21,623 nt of DNA from Rhizaria sp. SCN 62-66 (taxonomy: Eukaryota): positions 62,001 to 83,623 of the forward strand of contig MEDY01000257.1 in NCBI GenBank assembly GCA_001724265.1, read 5' to 3'. Position numbers and translations under genes: made by a program. This document shows positions 13,094 to 21,623 of this stretch, one piece after another; the stretch's first letter is position 1, and the number at the start of each line of letters is the position of its first letter. The notes beneath the pieces were generated by a model. The model was not told where the DNA came from, did not search any database, and saw nothing but the letters and a program-made list of their open reading frames with translations.

Positions 13094-15963
13094 ATGGGAC
13101 AGGCCCCACCGTCTGGTTTTCATGAGTTCACGTACCCTAGTGGTGCGGTCTACACTGGCGACTTTGTCAAAGGCCTCCGTCACGGCCGCGGCGTCTACAC
13201 CACGCCGCACGGCTTCCGCTACGAGGGCCAATTCGCCGACGACATGCGCGACGGGCAGGGCGAGCTCTGCCACACCACGGCGCACGGCACGCTGCGCTAC
13301 CAAGGCTCGTGGAGGCGCGACCATAAGCACGGTTCTGGCACCTACCACCACGCCAATGGCGATTGGTACAACGGACAGTGGTCGAAGGACAAGATGCACG
13401 GCAAGGGCAAGTACTTCTTCGCCGCCTCGAATGACATCTACACCGGCGGCTTCGCCCACGGCGACATGCACGGGCCCGGTGAGCTCGCCATCGCCGGCGG
13501 CACGGGCGGCTACATTACCGGCGTGTGGCGCGCTGACAAGCTGGAGGGCCGCGCGTGCTACTACCCGCCGCTGCCGGGCGGCAAGACGCGCGTGACCGCG
13601 GCCGCCGAGACTGGTGCGCTGCCGCCGCTGCCGCTGCCGCTGCCTGTGTCGGCGCGCGAGCGCTCGCTCTCGCACTCGCGCTCGCGCGCGCAGTCTCTGC
13701 AGAAGCAGCAGCAGCGGCAGGGTGCAGAGGCGGGGCAAGAGCAGACGCAAGCAGAGGCAGACTCTGCAGCCGCCGCTGCGACAACAGATAAAGCGACCGT
13801 GAGCGGCTGCAGCGACATCATTGACCCAATGGACGAGATCGCGGCTGCCGCAGAAGCTGCTGCGATGACTCTGGCCACCGTTGTCGCCGCAGCGAACTCC
13901 AACAACCCGAACATCATCCTCAACAGCAACGGCTTCACGCCAGCGCCGACGGGGACAGCGCGGACGGCAGCTGCGACGGGAGTCCGTTTGCGGCCGCGGC
14001 CGGTGAGCAGGCGGGCGTGGCGCGGTGGTACGAGCACGGCCTGCTGTTTGCCGAGGGCGAGGCCGCCGTGGCCGCGCTCGAAGCCGCCGCTGAGGCCGAC
14101 GGGGGCCTCCCGAACGCCGACGACGGCAACAATGACGACGACGGCGATGGTCGCTCCGACTCTGACTCGCAGGCCGGCGGTGACGACGACGCGGACGCCG
14201 ACCCTGAGGCCAAGTCCAAGGGCGGCGGCAGCGACGCCAACAACAAGAACAGCAGCGACCGCAAAAGCAAGAGCAAGCGGTCGGGGAGCGGGAGCGGCGG
14301 CAAGAAGAAGACCAAGACCAAGACCACCGATCTCGACGTCGGGCCCGGCGCGACCGCCCGGAGCAAGCGCCGCGGCGACGGCAGCAGCAGCACCAGCGGC
14401 GACGCCGGCGACAGCGACAGCGACGACTGTGCGCGCGACCGCGCCGCGGGCGTCAAGCGCAACGGGTTCGGCGTCCGGTCCAAGCACTACGTGCACAGCA
14501 CCAGCGCCGTCGGCGTGCCCGCGGACGCGAACGGGGGCGGGGGCGGGAACGGCGCTGCTGGGGCTGCGAGCAGCAGAGGCGCAGGCATGAGGCGCGAGCA
14601 GACCGCGGACCGGCTCGTGAGTGTTCCGCTGGACTCGTTCTGTATCCCGCCGAACGAGGCGAACTCATATAACACGTTCACTCTGCTCCGCGTCAACTAT
14701 AACAACGCAGCTGCCAACGTGAACACACCCATGGAGTCGAATTACTTGGCGGGGAGTCCTGCGAACGGCGCCGCCGCGCGGAGCGCGGGCCACACTGGCA
14801 CGGGCGCGTTCGGGGGGACGCTGGTGCCCGAGTCAGTCGCGATCAAGACGCAGGACCGCAAGAACGGCGCGGGCAAGAGCAAGAGCAAGAGCGACAGCAA
14901 AGACGTCAAGAATGACAAGAACTGTGATAATAACAAGGACGTTAGCAAGGGCCAAGATGTTAAGAACGAAGCTGTATTCGACTTAGATGCTTTCACTGGC
15001 AACAACAGCACTATTGCCACAAACGCGGCCGCGATCAGTGCAAGCCACGGGCCTGTGCGTGACTCTGATGAGCTATCGACGATCGTGAAGAGCGCCACCA
15101 TGGACGTCATGTGTCTCGTACCCTCGGCCGCTGCAGCCCGCAAGCGCGCCAGCGCGAGCAACGCAGCCGGCGCGCGCGGTGTGATCGTGACTGTGACCGA
15201 GGCGGCTGAGGACGAGGAGAACGCTGACTCTAAGGCCGGCAGCAATGACGGTGAGCCCGGCGAGGTAGCCTTCTCACAGCAACAGTCTCAGCCACCAGTG
15301 ACCGATCGTGCGACTGCCAGTGCCACACCTGCGAGCAGCACTCACGGCTACAACAGCCTCGGCCACGGCCGCTCCAGCTCCGTCTCGAGCGCTCGCGGCG
15401 GCGGGATGGTGCACAGCGTCACTTTCACAAACACCAGCACCGCCGCATCTGCCTCTGCTAGCCGCAGCAACAACACGAGCAGTGACGCCAACAGTGCGGG
15501 CGGCAACTCTGTCGCCGCGAACGTCATGGGTGCGTCGACCATCGCCCCCATCATCGCGACAAACTACCCTGGCTCCGCAGCCTTCAAGCGCGGCAAGGGC
15601 AAGTTTGCGACAGCAGCCGACGCCGACGCTGACGCGGACGCGGGTGTTGACGCAGACGCTGACGCCGTTGACGACGACGCTGTTGAGCTTAGTGACAGTG
15701 ATAACGCGCCTGAGACTGCTGTCGAGACCGAGACTGAGGCTGAGGTGGAGGTGGAGGCGAATGACCTCGTCACCGACATCAGCATCGGCAATAACACTAC
15801 CAACGTGAACAACAATGCACAGATCGATGACATTGACAATACCAGTACTGAAAAGCCGCGTGGCGACATCGCGGACCCGGTGCACGCCGTGGCCATCACC
15901 GACTTCGGGGACCTACTCGGCGACATCAACCGCTCGGCCTCGCTCGACGCCGGCTTCTTCTGA
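13094..15963 (+). CDS. MORN-repeat protein with long low-complexity C-terminus; apparent -1 frameshift near 13939 (~956 aa if joined)
   Basis: Six MORN repeats at 13151-13567 (YTGDFVKGLRHGRG, YEGQFADDMRDGQG, YQGSWRRDHKHGSG, YNGQWSKDKMHGKG, YTGGFAHGDMHGPG, ITGVWRADKLEGRA). Coding-like codon usage switches from the 13094 frame to the 14017 frame at ~13939, and that frame ends at TGA 15961-15963. Confidence 0.8.
15616..15681 (+). repeat. (GACGCN)n-like repeat encoding Ala-Asp dipeptides
   Basis: gcc gac gcc gac gct gac gcg gac gcg ggt gtt gac gca gac gct gac gcc gtt gac gac gac gct = ADADADADAGVDADADAVDDDA. Confidence 0.7.
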
Positions 15964-16424
15964 TGAGCAGAGCCAAGTCGCAAAACAACGGGGAAAAAAT
16001 TACTTCAGACCGCCTCGCGTGCATGTGATTATATCTAGATTTCCAAAGACACAACAGACATGTGCTGTTGCACGAAAGCAATAAAACAAAAACATTGACT
16101 GACACGTGACATTTCCTCACCTCTTTGTTCTGCTTGTTTCTGTTAAGTAGGTTTGTGTTGTATTATACCTAGAAAAATATAATTGAATTTCTTTGGTTTT
16201 TTCTTTCTTTGTGTTGATTTAGCGTTAATTTGCGATATTGTTTCACTCTGTAAATCGTGTGCACAGTTTCCTCGAACGACAAAGCACAACGTTAGCGTTA
16301 AGTCCGCACATTTGCTCTGGTCTCGGCCACGTCACTATATTTGACTCTCCTTCTTCATCTTGTCGACAGCGCAGTGCTCAGTACTCAGTACTCGGGTAAG
16401 CACTTGGATTCCACCCCGTGGTAC

Positions 16425-17925
16425 TTAGAAGATGGGGACGTACTTGATCTGGCGGCGCTCGGCGCCGGCGCGGGTCTTGACCGAGAGCGCGGATCCGATG
16501 GAGCGGAGGTTCTCCAGCTCCACGAGCTTCAGCTTGACAAACGCGTAGAAAGACGCAAAGTGCGACTGTCCGTCGAGCGCCTTCTTCAGGATGTCCACCT
16601 CGATCTGCTTGAGCGCGTCCGAGAGCGATGAGGTCTTCTCGGCGGCCTTGCGCATCGCCTCGCGGTACTGCGGGTAGGGCTCCACGGCGTACGCCAACGC
16701 GGCGTCCGAGTCGACCTTGGAGAAGTGGCGCGCGCCCACGGTCGCGCCGGGGTGGCCGCCGGAGTTGGAGCCGGTGCAGTCGGGGTAGAGCTTGCCGAAG
16801 GAGCAGAAGAGCTCCTGGCGGGACGCGCGGTGCAGCGGGTCGTTGAGCGACGACTTGACGGCGATCGAGTTGTGCACGATCTCGATCGCGCGGCGGTCGG
16901 CCTCAAACTCGAGCACGTCCTTCATCACGGTCCACGTCTCGCCGCCGAGCTCCTTGCAGTAGGCGTACAGGTCCTCAAGCCAGAGCTTGCGCAGCTGGTC
17001 CGAGATGATGTTGACGTCGACTTCCTTGAAGGCGCCCTGGAGGGCCTTCGAGGGCTCGCCCGACTTGACCTCCTGGTCGAAGTACTGCGCAAAGTACTTG
17101 GCGACGGGGAGGTCGACGAGCACGACGCGGTACAGGTCGAGGATGTTGTCGTCCTTCTCGAACGTGAGCATCGACTTAAGGTAGGGCGAGCGGCCCAGCG
17201 GGTGGCAGTGCTCGAGCACCTCCTCGGCGGGGGTGCCCTTGACCGTGGCGGCGATGATGGCCACAACGTTGGCAATGAGGAACTCGTGCGCGATAAGGTC
17301 GATGAAGGGCGCGAGGCGGCCAAGTGCCTGGGAGCGGATCCACTCGAACTCGGACACGAACTTGTCGAAGCACTTCTGGTAGATAAGCTGCGCGCGGGGC
17401 GCGGCCAGGCCCTGCAGCGCGGTCACGTAGTCGGTGTCCTGCAGCACGGTCTTGAAGTCCTCGATCGTCTCAACAGTCGTCAGGTGCTTGTACTCGGCCT
17501 TGGAGAGGAAGCCAGAGCGCATACCTGTTACGTGAGAATGGTTACGGTGTAGTTGAACGGAAGAGCGACGTAGCGACAAGAAGTGGGATAATTGGGGACG
17601 ATGAGAGTGTCGTAAGATAAAAACAATAAATTATATGACAATGTGTTGTGGCATAATACGGATCTGAGTTGTGAAGCAATATGACGAAGACAGGACATAG
17701 AAAAATGACTCGAAAGCAAATGAGAGTGACCCAATCTCCGGTGGAGACGACGTTGCTCAGCAATGCAGCCCAGTGGAATAAGAGACAAAGGGACGTACCG
17801 CGAAGGTGGGCCTCAAGGAAACCGTACTCGACGTTGAAGCCGGTCAGGTCCTCGACGGGGCCCGGGATGCGGGGCGCAGGCGCCACTTCGGCGAGCTCCT
17901 TCAGGAAGCTGCTGTTCTCAGACAT
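16425..17925 (-). CDS. ATP6V0D: V-type proton ATPase V0 subunit d (AC39 family); exons 17925-17799 and 17524-16425; 408 aa
   Basis: FNVEYGFLEAHLRG|MRSGFLSKAEY, ETIEDFKTVLQDTDY, CHPLG, LRKLWLEDLY.YCKELGGET..VM..VLEFEADRRAI.I..NS, FGKLYP, QSHFASFYAFVKLK and a terminal YVPIF all match the Vma6/ATP6V0D family. The phase-1 splice restores GGT. Confidence 0.96.
17525..17798 (-). other. Spliceosomal intron of V-ATPase subunit d (274 nt, phase 1)
   Basis: On the minus strand: donor CGCG|GTACGT and acceptor TAACAG|GT. AT-rich, and joins the conserved LEAHLR-G-MRSG sequence in frame. Confidence 0.93.
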
Positions 17926-18566
17926 GAAGCCTAAGGGGAAGCTAAAAGCAAACCAGGTTTAAGTGGGCACGGTAAGCGTGTGAACGTCAACTAAAATGAA
18001 ATATAGGCACAACAGCTCGCATCTAACGCAATATCTTCTATTCACTCGCACAGCAATACGGCTGAAGTCTCTAACACAGCCTGATTGAGGTCCAACCACG
18101 AAGCATGATGAGCGACGACACTGTTGCCTCGCTTGCTCGCTGGACGATTTTTGAGAACCAGACTGGCAGGACTGGCAGCAGCTAACTCGCTTGCCAGGTC
18201 ATCACTATCTCGCTCTCCTGACTTACACTGTCCGTCAACAGCAAAGTGAATATCTGCGACGGTACTTTCACGATGTTTTTGTTTCGATTTTAAATCAACC
18301 GCGCTTCCAAACAGAATCCTTCGAGTGAACTAGCTCCTCTATCTTTCGACTGCACGCTGTGTTCATTGCCTCCTCGTCTGCCCTCCAACGAGGCTCGGTG
18401 GTCTTTAGCATTTTTGTATAACACGAACGATGTTGTGTGCACCATACTCAACTATCATTCTAACCTATGCCTCTGCCTTGCAAAATCGTTCGACTTGTCT
18501 TCCCCTGCTTCACCTTCCCTCAGCCGAGTAACAACACGCAAAGCGTCCGCAACCGTTTCCCCGGCA
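17926..18566. promoter_or_regulatory. Divergent intergenic region between V-ATPase d and the hypothetical gene
   Basis: 641 bp between head-to-head ATGs. Promoter function is inferred from position. Confidence 0.5.
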
Positions 18567-20892
18567 ATGTCAACAAGTGCCAGCCCAGTCGCGCGCCCTA
18601 TCTACGGCCCCGCTCCGCACCCGATCTCCCCGGCTACGCATACATACGCTGACACGTCTGTATCTGCTGCCAAGGCCGCCCTGGCTTCCCGTGTCGCCTT
18701 TTCGTCCCCCTTCTCTTCCGACCACGGATCCTCATCTGCCGCCTCTGCTGCTACGGCAACAGCTGCAGCTGCTGCTGCTGGCACTCCTCACGCGGGGGCT
18801 CACGGCCACTACGCCCCCGGCTACACGAACAGCAGCAGCAGTAATAGCAGCGGTGGTCCCGCGTCAGCCAGCGACGTCGAGTACTACTTCACCGACTGCT
18901 TCTGCGCCGGAATCTACTCCCAGTCATACTTCGCGGCCCAGCAGCAGTCCTCCTTCTCCTCGGCGGGCGCCGGCGACCCCCTCGTGTCGGCCGCGGCGGC
19001 GACGGTGCCGCCCGAGTACCGGGAGACGATCTTCGCCCTCGCGCTCCGCGTACTGGCGGACGTGTTGGCGACCGACGTGGACCCCTTCGTGCCCGTCCCG
19101 CCCGCCACCCTCACGGCGCTCGCGCTGCCGGCCACCACGCCTGCCACAGTTACTGCCATCGCGAACAACAGCAGCAGCAACGGGGACGCGGGCGCAAATG
19201 CGAACAGTGCGAGTGCGGGTGCGGGTGCGGATGTAACTGCGACGCTGTTCCAGGGCCGAATCCCGCTGCTCTCGCCGTGGCTGAGCGCCCTCGACACCGC
19301 AGCGGCGGCCATTGCGCCGCCTCGGTCGGTCGCGCTGTACAAAGTGCCGCCGGAGTCGCTTCTGGGGGCGCCCTTCGACTGCGCACAGTCGCTCGGCAGC
19401 CCACAGTCACCTGCGCAGTCGCAGTGTGGGGACAACGCGTGCCCTGCCCACGGCCACCTGCACGGCGGCGTCGCGGCCCACGGCCACGACTGCCACTTGC
19501 ACGGCCACAGCTCTGCTCGGCACAGTCGAGACCGGGAGCACGCCGCGACTGTAAGCGCTGTGAACACTGGAAGCGCTGTGACCGCGGGTGAGTGGCAACA
19601 GGGCGGCTGCGGTGGCGGCGTCGACGGGCTGGGGTTGACACCGCAGGGCACGTGGCCTGAGCCCGCCACCATCTCCGTCGGCAGCAGTAGCACTCACACC
19701 AGCCATTACAACAGCAACGTGTCCGGGCTCACGATCACCCCTCCTGCCCACGGTCACGGCCCGCAGGCGCTGCACACGCCGCACAACCCGTCCTCGCGCT
19801 CACAGTCGCTCGCTCTTCCGTCGCTCCCCGACCCGCACTGCGCACAGTCACCATCGCAATCTCCGCAGAGCGCACAGTCGCAGTCTTGCTCACAGTCATA
19901 TTCCCCGTGTTGCTCGCAAGCCATCCCCATCTGCTCACAGCAACAGAACCGGCCGTGTTCGGCAGTTTGCTCGCAGTCCTCCCCTGCGGTCGTGATTGCG
20001 GGCGCCAAGGGCTCGCTGCCGCCGCGGCGCATCCTGAGCCAGGCCGAGGTGGAGCGCGTGGTCGAGGCGATCGAGGTGCTGTGCGACCGACTGCTCGAGC
20101 GGCGCGCGACGCTGCTCTCCACCGAGGTGGCGCTACACAATGCGGGTGTCAGTGAGACGACGGCGTGGGTGCGCGCGTGCGACGGGCAGCGCAACCGGCT
20201 CATCACCGCCGTGCGCGCCACGCGCGAAGCCGTGGACCACGCCAAGACGCGCCTCGCTGCGGCGGCAGACGCGGTGACGCTGGCGAAGCAGGCCGTGGCC
20301 AGCGCGGAGGAGATTGGCATGCCGCCCGCCAAGGCTGCCAAGCTAGTCAAGTCACTGGCCGAGGCGCGGCAGAGGCGCGACGTCGTCGCCAGGGAGCTCG
20401 ACAGGTAAGTGCGCAACCTTAGCCATCAAAATGTGACGTCATAATGAAGTCAAATCAAAATAATTATCTCTGAATTTCCTGAATTTAAGTTAATTACGTG
20501 TTATTATTGGCTATGGCCCGGATTTTTCTGTGTATCATCTCATCTGTGCTATGTATCCTTCTGCACGTGTTTTTTTCTAACGCTCACTCAGGGTGACCCA
20601 AGAACGCTCCGCGGCGCACGCGCAGCTCGCGTGCGTGACGGACATCATGTCCGAGCTATCGTACGACCCTGAGAAGCGCGCGCTGGGCCAGCTCGAGGTC
20701 TGGGTGCGCTCGCCGCTCGCTGCGCGCACCCTGGGGCCCGCCAACCAAGAGCGCTTGCTGGCCAAGGTCAACAAGCTCGCGGGGCTGCGCGCGCAAACGC
20801 TCGCGGTACGGGCCAAAATCGGACATATCGCCACCGCGGTGCGTGCGCTACGTGTGCGGCTACAGCATATTGTTGTTGCGTTTTGGAAATAA
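18567..20892 (+). CDS. Hypothetical protein with low-complexity His- and Ser/Gln/Cys-rich regions and a C-terminal helical/coiled-coil region; exons 18567-20404 and 20592-20892; ~712 aa
   Basis: The first in-frame ATG is at 18567 (the ORF track starts at an upstream TTG). Codon usage is GC3-rich, the phase-2 splice AG|G joins the 20593-20892 ORF in frame, and the stop is TAA. I do not recognise the family. Confidence 0.8.
20405..20591 (+). other. Spliceosomal intron of the hypothetical gene (187 nt, phase 2)
   Basis: Donor CAG|GTAAGT, AT-rich body, CTAAC branch site at 20577-20581, acceptor ACTCAG|G. Confidence 0.92.
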
Positions 20893-21440
20893 AGCGAGAT
20901 CACGTCGCTACATGTGGCAAAAGAATGACTTACGCACCGAAAGTGCGTATGATTTGCCGTACGCACTTTGTTTTAGAACACACATTTTTCCTGTATAACT
21001 ACTGCCATTGTGTGTGCTGCCGCAGATCAGACCTGTCGATGATACATAGTTGTTATTTTTTATAGTTAATCTATCTGAAAAAAGTGTTATTGCCGCGAGA
21101 TCTCGCGTTGAAGCCAACATCGGCCAAAATCCTTCGTATCTTAAGACTTGCTAATCGGGAGAAATCGACTGGATATGCACACGCAGATTGAAACCACCCA
21201 GATAATAGCGCAAAAACGGAAATATATTAAACTTGATATGAATGATTTCAAGTGTGAACTGAAAGCATGCAGAGAGTATAGAGAGAAACCCGAGTGTTTG
21301 TGTATGTATTCAGGGATCAAGCAAGAGAAGGACTTTTGAGCACGTTAATCAATCCTGCGCGCGCGCTGGCAGATACAGAAGCACCGCAACGAGCACGCAA
21401 GGAAAAAAGAGAGAGCAGGAAGTGTGTGTTGATTTATACT

Positions 21441-21623
21441 TTACTTGCGGACGGCGTTGTTGATGCGGGTGCGGGTGGCGCGGGTGACCTTGACGAAGTC
21501 CTTGGAAGCGGCGGGCTTGGTGGACTTCTTCTCGGTCTTCTTGGCGGCGGCGGAAGCAGCCTTGGCCTTGGCGGCACGCTCGGCAGCCTCACGCTGGGCC
21601 TTCTTGTAGTCGGAGTTGGCGGA
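21441..21623 (-). CDS. RPL24: Probable 60S ribosomal protein eL24, C-terminal 60 codons (gene starts beyond the right edge)
   Basis: Manual translation gives SANSDYKKAQREAAERAAKAKAASAAAKKTEKKSTKPAASKDFVKVTRATRTRINNAVRK*. KAQRE.A.RAAK and the K/A-rich tail resemble the eL24 C-terminal helix, and the strongly biased codons (AAG, GCC, ACC) suggest high expression. The diagnostic N-terminal domain is outside the window. Confidence 0.72.
   Translation of the reverse strand, partial: SANSDYKKAQREAAERAAKAKAASAAAKKTEKKSTKPAASKDFVKVTRATRTRINNAVRK

Noticed and set aside
13940..14590. C-terminal half of the 498-aa MORN ORF as the genuine protein end
   Set aside because: The Arg/Pro/Thr-rich translation is typical of an off-frame read, and the -1 frame has the coding signature.
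16101..16110. GACACGTGAC, CLEAR/E-box-like motif near the V-ATPase gene
   Set aside because: It lies in the convergent 3' spacer rather than the promoter and is a single short match.
18366..18566. N-terminal extension of the 680-aa ORF from TTG
   Set aside because: Eukaryotic context with UTR-like composition; the first ATG at 18567 is the more plausible start.

Overview
Eukaryotic (probably protist) nuclear DNA: gene-dense, with GC-rich exons, AT-richer intergenic regions and four short GT-AG spliceosomal introns. Seven protein-coding genes strictly alternate in strand: MTHFR 5' end (-, cut by the left edge, missed by the ORF track); proteasome ubiquitin receptor Rpn10 (+, 2 exons); a ~2806-aa Ala-rich bromodomain protein (-, 2 exons); a MORN-repeat protein (+) whose frame shifts by -1 near 13939; V-ATPase V0 subunit d (-, 2 exons); an unknown His/SQ-rich coiled-coil protein (+, 2 exons); and the 3' end of probable ribosomal protein eL24 (-, cut by the right edge). 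I found no rRNA, tRNA, CRISPR array or transposase, and I cannot support a clearly novel multi-gene system. The best leads are possible TAF2-like motif islands in the giant bromodomain protein, the MORN frameshift, and structured or palindromic elements in the long MTHFR/Rpn10 spacer. Family assignments come from motif recognition by eye and memory, not from database searches.
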